Shown piece by piece: positions 50,597-59,753 of a stretch of DNA of 64,000 bases (position 1 is the stretch's first letter; each line of letters starts with the position of its first letter). The DNA is from Candidatus Krumholzibacteriota bacterium (lineage in GTDB: Bacteria; Krumholzibacteriota; Krumholzibacteriia; Krumholzibacteriales; WJIX01). The stretch spans positions 78,060 through 142,059 of the forward strand of contig JAXHNR010000002.1 of the NCBI GenBank assembly GCA_034520215.1. Direction: 5' to 3'. Under the pieces are notes generated by a model. That model was not told the DNA's origin, ran no database searches, and saw only the letters and a program-made list of their open reading frames with translations. A program made the translations under genes and the position numbers.

Positions 50597-52498
50597 CTAA
50601 TCCTTTTTCGGATAACCTTCACTGTGAAGGTGCTCTTCTATCTCTTTAAGTGTGTCCGGGTCGTCTATAGTCGACGGAACTTTGAAATCCTTGCCGTCCG
50701 CTATCTTCCGGATCGTCCCTCTCAATATCTTTCCAGACCTCGTTTTCGGCAGTCTTTCCACTACTATCGCCTTTTTGAAGCTGGCGACCGCTCCTATTTC
50801 ACCGCGCACCATTGAGATAAGTTCACTCGCGATCTCATCCTTATCCCTGTTTACACCGTCTTTGAGTACTACAAATCCCACTGGCAGCTGCCCCTTGAAA
50901 GAATCGGCGACCCCCAGAACGGCACATTCAGCTATATCGGGATGAGTGGCGATAACCTCTTCCATTCCTCCGGTTGAAAGCCTGTGGCCGGCGACATTTA
51001 TAACATCGTCAACCCTCCCCATGATATAAACATATCCGTCTTCGTCTATAAAGCCGCCGTCGCCCGTAAAGTAGTACCCCTTGAACATATCCGTGTAAGA
51101 TTCTTTGAATTTCTCGTCGTTACGCCAGATTGTAGTCAGCGTTCCCGGGGGAAGCGGAAGTTTGATAACCACTATTCCCTCTTCTCCGGCAGGGAGCTTC
51201 TGTCCCTGATTATCAAGAATCTCGACCTGATAGCCGGGCACGGGCTTGGTAGAGGAACCCGCTTTTACTTCGAACTGTTCTATCCCCATACAGTTCGCGA
51301 CAATTGCCCATCCTGTCTCTGTCTGCCACCAGTGATCTATCACGGGAACTTTAAGTAAATCTCCCGCCCAGTCATAAGTGTCGGGGTCAAGTCTCTCTCC
51401 GGCCAAAAACAAATATTTAAATCCAGACAGGTCATAGTCTTCAAGCAGTTTGCCCTCGGGATCCTCCTTCTTTATTGCCCTGAAAGCTGTTGGAGCGGTA
51501 AAAAGGGCCTTGACCCGGTGCTCCGATATTACACGCCAGAAAGCGCCCGCGTCGGGTGTTCTTACGGGTTTACCCTCGTAGAGGATGGTAGTACATCCGT
51601 GAAGTAGAGGTCCGTAGACAATATACGAATGGCCGACCACCCAGCCCACATCAGACGCGGCCCAGTATACATCTCCCGGGTCGATCCCGTATACGTTCTT
51701 CATGCTCCACTTCAAAGCTACCGCGTGTCCTCCGTTATCCCGTACAACACCCTTCGGCATACCCGTAGTTCCGGAGGTATAAAGAATATAAAGGGGATCA
51801 GTTGACTTGACGGGTACACAGTCAACGGGCTTGCTCTCACGGGTTATTTCTTCCCAGTCTATATCCCTTCCCTCTATCATTTCCGCCGGAGCCTCTTTCC
51901 GCTGAAAAACAATACTCTTTTCCGGCTTGTTCTTCGAAAGCTTAATTGCTTTATCAAGAAGGGGTTTGTATTCTATCACTTTTTTTACTTCTATTCCGCA
52001 TGAAGCAGAGACGACCACCTTGGGATTGGCGTCGTCTATCCTTATGGCCAGCTCATGGGCCGCGAAACCTCCGAAGACCACGGAGTGAATAGCCCCTATC
52101 CTGGCGCACGCCAACATAGCGACAGCGGCCTGAGGAATCATCGGCATATATATAACGACCCGGTCTCCCCTGCCGACACCGAGCGAGGAGAGAGCGCCCG
52201 CGAATCTGCTGACTCTGCCCAAAAGATCGCTATAAGTGAACTTTTCCTTTTTCCCTGTTACCGGGCTGTCGTAGATAAGCGCTGTTTGATCCGCCCTCCC
52301 GTTTTCCACGTGCCTGTCAAGCGCGTTATAACAGGTGTTCATTTCGCCGTCGGCAAACCACCTGTAGAAGGGTTTATTTGAATCATCGAGTATCTCAGTC
52401 GGGGGTTTGTACCAGTCAATACCCTCTGAGGCTTTTTTCCAGAAAATTTCAGGGTTTTCTATAGATTCATTATACTGCTCTTTGTAATCGCCTTTCAT
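50597..52498 (-). CDS. AMP-forming acetyl-/propionyl-CoA synthetase (Acs/PrpE family)
   Basis: YTSGTTGMPKGV AMP-binding motif; N-term YKEQYNESIENPEIFW; C-term PKTRSGKILRGTIRKIA (Acs-type lysine motif); 633 aa. Confidence 0.8.
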   Translation of the reverse strand: MKGDYKEQYNESIENPEIFWKKASEGIDWYKPPTEILDDSNKPFYRWFADGEMNTCYNALDRHVENGRADQTALIYDSPVTGKKEKFTYSDLLGRVSRFAGALSSLGVGRGDRVVIYMPMIPQAAVAMLACARIGAIHSVVFGGFAAHELAIRIDDANPKVVVSASCGIEVKKVIEYKPLLDKAIKLSKNKPEKSIVFQRKEAPAEMIEGRDIDWEEITRESKPVDCVPVKSTDPLYILYTSGTTGMPKGVVRDNGGHAVALKWSMKNVYGIDPGDVYWAASDVGWVVGHSYIVYGPLLHGCTTILYEGKPVRTPDAGAFWRVISEHRVKALFTAPTAFRAIKKEDPEGKLLEDYDLSGFKYLFLAGERLDPDTYDWAGDLLKVPVIDHWWQTETGWAIVANCMGIEQFEVKAGSSTKPVPGYQVEILDNQGQKLPAGEEGIVVIKLPLPPGTLTTIWRNDEKFKESYTDMFKGYYFTGDGGFIDEDGYVYIMGRVDDVINVAGHRLSTGGMEEVIATHPDIAECAVLGVADSFKGQLPVGFVVLKDGVNRDKDEIASELISMVRGEIGAVASFKKAIVVERLPKTRSGKILRGTIRKIADGKDFKVPSTIDDPDTLKEIEEHLHSEGYPKKD

Positions 52499-52685
52499 GC
52501 GTCCTCCTTACAATCATCCCGCTTATTAAAAAGACGGCGCTCTTAAATCAGCACCTTGCTTGTTTTTCGTTCATCATTGATTTTACAGTATGTATAATAA
52601 TTATTTATTACACGGGCGACAACCATTTCCCGACATAAACCGGTAATCGCGGTCTTTTTACATCCCGCGCGGCGAAGAGAGGTTG

Positions 52686-53405
52686 TCACCGCTTTATAAT
52701 TTCTACCATTTCCCTTACAGCCCGCTCAATTCCCACAAATACGGCTCTCGAGATGATGCTGTGCCCGATATTAAGCTCTTCTATTTCTGTAATCAGCACT
52801 ACCGGCCTGACGTTATGGTATGTAAGTCCGTGTCCGGCGTGAACGTGAAGCCCGTATTTGACTGCTGTTTTCGCCGCGTCTTCCAGTCTTCCCAGTGCGG
52901 CATCACGATCCCCGCGGCTGATATTCGCGTATTCTCCCGTGTGGATTTCTATCGCGTCAAAACCCATCTTCGCCGCCGCCTTTATCTGGGAAATTTCCGG
53001 ATCTATAAAAGCCGTTGTCTTTATCCCGCCCCCTTTCAGAGCCGTCACAATATCGCCGTATTTACTGCCGTCGGCGAGAAGGTTCAATCCGCCCTCAGTT
53101 GTCAGCTCCTCTCTCTTCTCGGGAACCAGCGTTACAGAATCTGGATGCATTGCCATGGCTATCTCCTGCATTTCGGCACTCGCCGCCATCTCCTGGTTGA
53201 CCATAGTCTGAGCCATTTCACTTATAAGCCTGACGTCACGGTTCTGTATATGCCTTCTGTCTTCCCTCAAATGAAAGGTTATCTGATCGGCGCCCCCCTG
53301 TTCAGCCATCATCGCGGCGGTCACGGGATCCGGTTCAATGGTCTTTCTTGCTTCTCTCAAAGTGGCAATATGGTCTATATTTACTCCCAGTCTCATACGT
53401 TTCAA
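52686..53405 (-). CDS. pdxJ: Pyridoxine 5'-phosphate synthase PdxJ
   Basis: MRLGVNIDHIATLREAR...PDPV...HLREDRRHI closely matches the PdxJ N-terminus. Confidence 0.9.
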   Translation of the reverse strand: MKRMRLGVNIDHIATLREARKTIEPDPVTAAMMAEQGGADQITFHLREDRRHIQNRDVRLISEMAQTMVNQEMAASAEMQEIAMAMHPDSVTLVPEKREELTTEGGLNLLADGSKYGDIVTALKGGGIKTTAFIDPEISQIKAAAKMGFDAIEIHTGEYANISRGDRDAALGRLEDAAKTAVKYGLHVHAGHGLTYHNVRPVVLITEIEELNIGHSIISRAVFVGIERAVREMVEIIKR

Positions 53406-53415
53406 ATCCGCCTCC

Positions 53416-54660
53416 TTATCCTTTGCTGTTTTTTGATATCCTCGGTATCTCCCTTAAATTTACAAAACTTATCCCCCTTTTTCCAGCTTCGTCTTCCATC
53501 CACAGCAGATCTTTGAAACTTTCCCGCCTTACATGCAGAATCCCGAGCGCCCAGCCTCTTCTTTCCGCGATATCCATTATTTTCACCATATTACTCCTGA
53601 CATCCGCCCCCCTGTTATCGAGAAAAATATCGTTCCTCAGAGACGGCATGCCCATTGAAGGGGCGATTTTACCCGCGACCGACTTAGAAGAGGTAAGACT
53701 GTCGAAAAAGAAGAGGTTGTGCTTTCGGCATACCGAGAGGACCGCTTTCATCACCCTTGAATCCTCGGTAGCTTTTGACCCCTGATGATTGTTCATTCCC
53801 ACAACTCCCGGGGTATTAGAGATCGCGTCTTCAACAATTCCTTTAATCCTCTCATCACTCATAGAGACCCGCACAACAGGAACGCTGCCGCAGTCATCCG
53901 CTCCCCCTCTGGGTTCCATGGGCAGGTGACACAAAGCATCTTTCCCGGCTTTGTCTGCAAGCCGGCAGATATCCTTTGAATATTTAAGCCCCGGTATGAC
54001 AGATACGGTAATGTTTATATCAAGCCCGAGAAAATCCCTCACCAGTCTATTGTTGAAAAAACCGAAATCATCCACCACTAATGCCACAACCGGCCGCTTT
54101 TCAGGAGCAAGAACAGCATCAGCGCTTTTTGATATAATACACCTGTGAGTAACGCGGTTTCTTGTCCCTATCTCCATCTCTATTTTGTTTCCGGAGTCCC
54201 TTTCATAACAGCTTCTGACGCGCCCCCCTATTTCTTCGACCTTCATGTCTATTATATTATTTATCTTTATCAATGAACAGTCGGCGGGCACGTTGGTTCT
54301 CACAAGATATATATACCCGGATTCTACTCTCTCACCCGGTATGATCTCAATCGTATCCTTCTTGATTCCGTATTGTTTAAGAGCTTCCAGAAGACTGCCG
54401 GCGATATCTCTCCGTACATCTTCGTACTTTCCGCCGAAACCCATATCAAGCAAAAATATTCTTCCGTGAGTGGTGCTGAAATATCTTGCCGTTCCAAAGG
54501 CAATTATGACAAGAAGTGCGAGAAGCCCCGCGAATATCTTGAGTCTTGCCGCTATCTGCTTCTTTGTTTTCCGCTTCTTCGCGGCCAATTGGAAGTCTCC
54601 CTTCGAAATAGAATAGTATTTGCCGTTATAGAAGATGATCGTATGACGAGCGCGCGGCAC
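53416..54660 (-). CDS. Divergent polysaccharide deacetylase family protein (YibQ-like) with N-terminal TM segment
   Basis: TM near the N-terminus; C-terminal VALVVDDFGFF...HLPMEP YibQ/DUF610-type motifs. Confidence 0.6.
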   Translation of the reverse strand: MPRARHTIIFYNGKYYSISKGDFQLAAKKRKTKKQIAARLKIFAGLLALLVIIAFGTARYFSTTHGRIFLLDMGFGGKYEDVRRDIAGSLLEALKQYGIKKDTIEIIPGERVESGYIYLVRTNVPADCSLIKINNIIDMKVEEIGGRVRSCYERDSGNKIEMEIGTRNRVTHRCIISKSADAVLAPEKRPVVALVVDDFGFFNNRLVRDFLGLDINITVSVIPGLKYSKDICRLADKAGKDALCHLPMEPRGGADDCGSVPVVRVSMSDERIKGIVEDAISNTPGVVGMNNHQGSKATEDSRVMKAVLSVCRKHNLFFFDSLTSSKSVAGKIAPSMGMPSLRNDIFLDNRGADVRSNMVKIMDIAERRGWALGILHVRRESFKDLLWMEDEAGKRGISFVNLREIPRISKNSKG

Positions 54661-54723
54661 CTCGCGCAGTGCATGGATTATAAATACTCCGCGGGTGCAA
54701 TGTCAAGAGAGGTAAAATATTTT

Positions 54724-55030
54724 GTGGAGTTTCCCCAATTTTTATAACCTATAAGGTAGTCGATGATTTGTAACAGTATGCGGCTGATTGATATTTTCAA
54801 AATCGTGGTCGATTTCCCCGGCGAGGAAACCGCCACTCCCACCTCGGGCTCGCTCTTTCTGCCCCTTCGGGCCAGAAATCCTTGCCCGCTCGCCCTCCGG
54901 AGGGTTTTGAAAATATCAATCAGCCGCACTCATCAGCAATGAAAGCCCTATTCCACTTACCAATCCTGATAACTGATTGTATCTCGCAATGTTATTACAA
55001 TACTTGCCGAATTTTCAGAGGGAACTCCAA
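54724..55030 (+). mobile_element. 307-bp MITE-like element, copy 2, flanked by 14-bp direct repeat AGGTAAAATATTTT
   Basis: Direct repeats 54710..54723 and 55031..55044; ends GTGGAGTTTCCCC.../...GAGGGAACTCCAA; internal inverted repeat GCGGCTGATTGATATTTTCAAAA / TTTTGAAAATATCAATCAGCCGC (compensatory changes relative to copy 1). Confidence 0.75.
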
Positions 55031-55044
55031 AGGTAAAATATTTT

Positions 55045-55093
55045 CGAGCTCTCAGGGGAGAGCTGTAAAAAAGCCCTCTGTTTTCGAGGGCTT
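55045..55093 (-). terminator. Rho-independent terminator(s) downstream of lipoprotein gene 55137..55793
   Basis: On the minus strand AGCCCTC-GAAAACA-GAGGGCT followed by TTTTTTAC; a second hairpin CAGCTCTC-CCCT-GAGAGCTC just downstream. Confidence 0.55.
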
Positions 55094-55136
55094 GAATATG
55101 AGAATTATAAATCTTTTTATAATTAGTTCCGGCGCA

Positions 55137-55793
55137 CTATTTGGGCACATCCCGCGCACGGTATAAAAGATACTTTTCCGGATCTTCGGGGTCGGGGCCG
55201 ATGAAAAATTCAACATCGGAATCTCCGTTGTAGATTTTTGTCTCTCCCGGATTATCAGGGTCAGGTAATTCAAAGGTAAAAAAGTAATTTACCTTTTTAC
55301 TCCAGAAACCATCTCCCATACCACTCTCTTCAGTCCAGTCAGAGTCAAGACCAGAATATTCACTCAGAGTAATGTTTAATGTTCCTACGGCATTATTGAA
55401 TATTCCTTGTGTCCCCATCCACTCCTCTTGGTACGAAAGGATTTCCCCATATTCACTTACATCAGTTGGCTGATTGTACCAGATATAGCCGTCAGAAAAT
55501 TCCGGTTCCGGCCGCTGATCCGGTTCAAGAAGCAGTTCCTTGTACTTTTCTATATCTTTTTCCTCATAGACCCTGTCTATAATTTCAATACAATGATCCT
55601 TCTCCGTTCGATCGGGCCACGGTTCTTCATTTACCGGCTGATCTGTTGTTTCCTTTGGGTCAAGTATACATCCTGATGTTATAATAACCGAGAAAATCAA
55701 GGTTAAACTCAGTGCCGCCTGCAGTAATCTTCTAATCTTCATTGTCTGTATACCTCCTGGGCACATACAAATCACATGTTTATAATACCACAT
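55137..55793 (-). CDS. Acidic lipoprotein (218 aa), bracketed by element copies 2 and 3
   Basis: Signal + lipobox IITSGC; Asp/Glu-rich mature part; own terminator. Confidence 0.6.
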   Translation of the reverse strand: MWYYKHVICMCPGGIQTMKIRRLLQAALSLTLIFSVIITSGCILDPKETTDQPVNEEPWPDRTEKDHCIEIIDRVYEEKDIEKYKELLLEPDQRPEPEFSDGYIWYNQPTDVSEYGEILSYQEEWMGTQGIFNNAVGTLNITLSEYSGLDSDWTEESGMGDGFWSKKVNYFFTFELPDPDNPGETKIYNGDSDVEFFIGPDPEDPEKYLLYRARDVPK

Positions 55794-55830
55794 ATATAAA
55801 TAATATACAAGCTTGAAAATAATATTACTA

Positions 55831-56137
55831 TGTGGAGTTTCCCCAATTTTTATAACCTATAAGGTAGTCGATGATTTGTAACAGTATGCGGCTGATTGAT
55901 ATTTTCAAAATCGTGGTCAATTCCCCCGGCGAGGGAATTGCCACTCCCGCCTCGGGCTCGCTCTTTCTGCCCCTTCGGGTCAGAAATCCTTGCCCGCTCG
56001 CCCTCCGGAGGGTTTTGAAAATATCAAACAGCCGCACTCATCAGCAATGAAAGCCCTATTCCACTTACCAATCCTGATAACTGATTGTATCTCGAAAAGT
56101 TATTACAATACTTGCCGAATTTTCAGAGGAAACTCCT
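55831..56137 (+). mobile_element. 307-bp MITE-like element, copy 3, flanked by 9-bp direct repeat TATTACTAT
   Basis: Direct repeats 55822..55830 and 56138..56146; hairpin GTGGTCAATTCCC-CCGGCGAG-GGGAATTGCCAC at 55913..55943; inner inverted repeat 55883..55911 / 56013..56037. Confidence 0.75.
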
Positions 56138-56180
56138 GTATTACTATATATCTTAAAAAAACTGCCACCCTGTTTATTTA

Positions 56181-56783
56181 TCAATCCGCACCGCTTAGTC
56201 TTCCGCGCAGAAGTCCAGACGTACCATAGTCTTGAAGGATATCCTTATCTTCCCACTCCACAAGCTTCCACCCCCCCTGACCTGCGGCTTCGAGTGTAAA
56301 TCTCGCCACACCCCCGTAAATTACCTCTCCTGAGCCTGAATCCAGCGTAATCAAATATTCCCCTTCAAACCACGGCTGATCCCCCTCGGCGTTCTCCTCA
56401 TCAAAGGAACCGCCGTTTTCAGTCCCTGAGCCGAAAAATATCTCCCTGCGGGCAGCATAATCCGATTTCAGCCGGTCGAGCATATTCATCTCCCGCTCTT
56501 TGTCCCATCCGCTTAGATCCGGATACTGCATTTCGTCCTCTGTCCGGGGGATAAATATGAAACCGTCGGAAATTGTTCTTTCGTAATTCGAGTTTCCGGG
56601 TTCCGAAAGGCCTGAGGACAGGTTCTTGAATATATCCCTTGGAACTTCGGGCTCCACCCAGGTGTCCTCACCTCCAGCTCCCGGGTCCTGCGCCTCTCTG
56701 GGTTCGAAAAGACATCCTCCCTGCGGCAGGGCGAACGCTGAAATCATCAAGCTCAAGAGTATTATACCTCTGATATTCCGCAT
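56181..56783 (-). CDS. Acidic lipoprotein (200 aa), possible distant paralog of 55137..55793
   Basis: Signal peptide ending ...FALPQGGC; acidic Gly-rich mature region; weak shared SDG[YF]I[WF] segment. Confidence 0.5.
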   Translation of the reverse strand: MRNIRGIILLSLMISAFALPQGGCLFEPREAQDPGAGGEDTWVEPEVPRDIFKNLSSGLSEPGNSNYERTISDGFIFIPRTEDEMQYPDLSGWDKEREMNMLDRLKSDYAARREIFFGSGTENGGSFDEENAEGDQPWFEGEYLITLDSGSGEVIYGGVARFTLEAAGQGGWKLVEWEDKDILQDYGTSGLLRGRLSGAD

Positions 56784-56795
56784 ACTTATCTTCTC

Positions 56796-58766
56796 CTAAA
56801 AATCAAACGTCAGTTTCATATTAATGTCCCAGTATTTTCTCATAGCCTCTGAGATGCGATTTCCGTAATTCCTTACATAAGCCACGTCAAGTTTTATGTT
56901 CCCGTTTCCCACTACATCTTTCTCCCCTTCGAAGCCGACCTTCAAAGTTCCTGAATCGTAGAAATTCGAGTTCGTAACGATCCTCTCTTCGTTCTCCACG
57001 CCGAGACTGTTCCTCTTTTCGGTCCGGAATAGCGCGCTTGAAAAGAGGTTGAGAAAATCGGCCGCTTTGTAATCAACATTCATCTTCAACCGGTGTTTGA
57101 AGTTTTCCCTCGTCCTGTTGTAATGTTTTTCGTCTTCAACGGTCAGGTAGCTTCCGGAATCCCTCATGTCGTACTTATGATTGATACCAAAGTTCAAACC
57201 CCTCTGAAACCTCATTTTTGCTTTCGTGTCAAGTATTGTCGTCCTGTCGAGGTAGTTCTGGTTTCTGTCGAATGTAAACTCTGTATATTCCATTTTTACC
57301 TCATAGCTCTGCGAAATGGTTATCCAGCCGGCCGGTTTGATGCTGAATTCCGGAATAAGCCTGTAAATATATTCAACATTATTATCACTGGACAGCGAGG
57401 CGTCGATATTCCTGGTTTCATACCTGCTGGCTTTAACTTCGACCTTCGCGTCAACATTTTCGAAAGGTTGCGCGGACATTTCCGCGCCGCCTCCATAATA
57501 GTAGTAATCCACGTCACGCGGGTTTTCCTCGTACTTCTTATAGAATTTCTGGCTTAACGACATGCGCCCGTTTGCCGAAATACTAAGGTCTTCACCGAGC
57601 ATCTGAGAAGCCCTGAATCCGAGCTTATTGTCATCCTCGCTGTAACTCGAAACAGAATTAAACCCGTAATCCATATCCGTTCTTGTCTTCTCAAACGTAA
57701 ATGTGGCGGAACCTCTTTCACTGAACTTGTAAATTGTATTCGCTTTAAGATTGTCCTTTGTGTAGCTTTTCGACAACCTCTTGTCCACATCGTATTCCTT
57801 GTCATCGAGTGAATGCTTGAATTCTATTTCCACCGTGACAAAACTGGCGGGCTTGAATCCCGAGTTTACACTTAAAATCTCTCCCTTTTCGTCTATCTGC
57901 TCCCTCTTCGCCAGCTCCGGGTTGTCAAGAATTTCAAGCGAATTTCCCCGCGGCGGCTCCACCCTTTTTATATCTCCGCTTTTCCTCTCATATTCTACCC
58001 TTAAATACTGTTCCTTACTCACCTCATAACCGGCATTTATCTTCAGCGTGTCGCTCCTGCTCGGTATGTCATTAAACTCGATCGAGCCGATCTCGCTGCT
58101 CTCCCTCGATATCAAAGTTCCGTACCCTCCGCTCAAGGTCAAGTCATCCCCTATCCTGTAGCTCATATGTCCGTGGGCCGAACCAGTCATTTTTCTGTCA
58201 TATTTAAAATCCTGCTGGCCCTGGACGTAATCACCCTCAAGAGAAATAAGTGATTTAGCGTTTTTGAAAATGGGTTTATTATAATCGAATTTTACCCCCG
58301 CCCTCTCATTTTCGAAGATAATATCCTTGCCGAACCTGGACAGCGAAACGGTCTTGCTCTTCCTGTAATCCTCTCCGGCGCTGAGAGAAATCATATAATG
58401 GTCCGGCTTGATCTTGACGGCTGAGTTCTTGAAACTCTCAGAGAGATCTACCATATTTCTCGTTCTGTTTTTTTCTTTTTTTACATTAATACTGCTGTTT
58501 ATAATCCATCCGCCTCCCGGATTGATAATCACCTTCATGCCGCTTCCCAGGCTTATTTTCGACATCCCGGCCCTAGATGTGACGTTCCATTTCGGAGTAA
58601 AAAGCCGGGGGTTTTCCTGATCAGCAGATTTTTCTGTTTTAAGCGTATCTCCCTTAGAAGAGCTCGCCGCGGTCATTGTCGAATCGCTTCCGGCGGCGCG
58701 TACTCCCGCGCTTCCGGCAAATAATAGCAGAATCATAACTCGAAGCAGCTCTTTACGCGATTTCAT
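56796..58766 (-). CDS. Outer-membrane beta-barrel protein (C-terminal Phe)
   Basis: Signal peptide (MKSRKELLRVMILLLFAGSAGVRA; internal start chosen over the track start at 58802), alternating amphipathic beta-strand pattern rich in Y/K/D, C-terminus ...LTFDF. Confidence 0.55.
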   Translation of the reverse strand: MKSRKELLRVMILLLFAGSAGVRAAGSDSTMTAASSSKGDTLKTEKSADQENPRLFTPKWNVTSRAGMSKISLGSGMKVIINPGGGWIINSSINVKKEKNRTRNMVDLSESFKNSAVKIKPDHYMISLSAGEDYRKSKTVSLSRFGKDIIFENERAGVKFDYNKPIFKNAKSLISLEGDYVQGQQDFKYDRKMTGSAHGHMSYRIGDDLTLSGGYGTLISRESSEIGSIEFNDIPSRSDTLKINAGYEVSKEQYLRVEYERKSGDIKRVEPPRGNSLEILDNPELAKREQIDEKGEILSVNSGFKPASFVTVEIEFKHSLDDKEYDVDKRLSKSYTKDNLKANTIYKFSERGSATFTFEKTRTDMDYGFNSVSSYSEDDNKLGFRASQMLGEDLSISANGRMSLSQKFYKKYEENPRDVDYYYYGGGAEMSAQPFENVDAKVEVKASRYETRNIDASLSSDNNVEYIYRLIPEFSIKPAGWITISQSYEVKMEYTEFTFDRNQNYLDRTTILDTKAKMRFQRGLNFGINHKYDMRDSGSYLTVEDEKHYNRTRENFKHRLKMNVDYKAADFLNLFSSALFRTEKRNSLGVENEERIVTNSNFYDSGTLKVGFEGEKDVVGNGNIKLDVAYVRNYGNRISEAMRKYWDINMKLTFDF

Positions 58767-59578
58767 CCTATCTCCAAATACGAAGAAAACAAACAGAACC
58801 AATCGTCCAGGGTTAATTCTTCAGCCCTCTTGCCGAGATCGACTCCCGAGAGGTCTTCGAGCCTTTCAGCCCTTTCCCTTTTATCAGAGTCTTTTTTTCT
58901 GAAAAGAACATTTCTCAGTTTCTTCCTCCGCTTCGAGAAGGCCTTCTTCAAAAACTTAAAATACAGGCCTCTGTTCTCCGGCGCCCTCTCCTTCGGGTCT
59001 CTGGTAAACCTGAGCACCGCGCTTTCTACGCCCGGCCGCGGGTAGAACGAGCCGGCGGCAACCTTCAGCACCTTCTCGACTTTCAGGTAGCTCTGCAGGA
59101 AAACGGACAGAAGGCCGCACCTGCTGTCACCCGGAAGAGCCGCGACGCGCTCTGAGACTTCCTTCTGGACCATAATAACCGCCCGGGTGCAGCCCTCCCA
59201 CTCGGGAATTCTGATGAGGATACTGCTGGTAAGCATATATGGAATATTTCCGATTACTTTGTACTCCTCCTTTTTTCTTCTCAGCGCTTCCGCTTCAAAA
59301 TCTACTTTAAGCACGTCTTCATTAACTACTTCAACCTTATCATCCCTGAAAACACACTTCAGATCATCGGCGAGGGCCCTGTCAATCTCAAAAACCACAA
59401 GGTCAGCTCCGCTTTCTGAAAGGCGCGAAGTAAGAGCTCCTTTGCCCGGACCTATCTCGAAGACTAATTCTTCAGGGCCGGGATCAATCGCCTCAACTAT
59501 TTTGCCCGCGACAGAGTCGGTCACAAGATAATTCTGCCCGAGGCTCTTTTTCGGTTTCCTGTGCATATTGTCTGCCAA
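58763..59578 (-). CDS. rsmA: 16S rRNA (adenine1518/1519-N6)-dimethyltransferase RsmA/KsgA
   Basis: KKSLGQNYLVTDSVAGKIV...VFEIGPGKGALT SAM-binding motifs. Confidence 0.85.
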   Translation of the reverse strand: MADNMHRKPKKSLGQNYLVTDSVAGKIVEAIDPGPEELVFEIGPGKGALTSRLSESGADLVVFEIDRALADDLKCVFRDDKVEVVNEDVLKVDFEAEALRRKKEEYKVIGNIPYMLTSSILIRIPEWEGCTRAVIMVQKEVSERVAALPGDSRCGLLSVFLQSYLKVEKVLKVAAGSFYPRPGVESAVLRFTRDPKERAPENRGLYFKFLKKAFSKRRKKLRNVLFRKKDSDKRERAERLEDLSGVDLGKRAEELTLDDWFCLFSSYLEIG

Positions 59579-59753
59579 GGACCGATCCTCCCTCTTCCCT
59601 TATTATCAACAAGCGCAGGATCACCCGCCCGCCCTTGTTGAAGCCGGGCCTGGATAATTCAGACTTGCCGTTGCCTTTAACATTCTAACATACTACCATA
59701 ATCAAATGACGGCGTACTATAAATACTGTCTTTTCTCTTTTCCAAAAAGATTA

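Noticed and set aside
52683-53516. 277-aa plus-strand ORF
   Set aside because: It lies entirely antisense to pdxJ, whose minus-strand product matches PdxJ motif-for-motif. The plus-strand translation is Ser/Arg/Cys-rich with no recognisable domain.
39531-56137. Possibility that the repeats are a CRISPR array
   Set aside because: There are only three copies, 307 bp long, at irregular spacing (15 kb and 1.1 kb), each with its own flanking target-site duplication. There is no short regularly spaced repeat-spacer structure and no cas genes.
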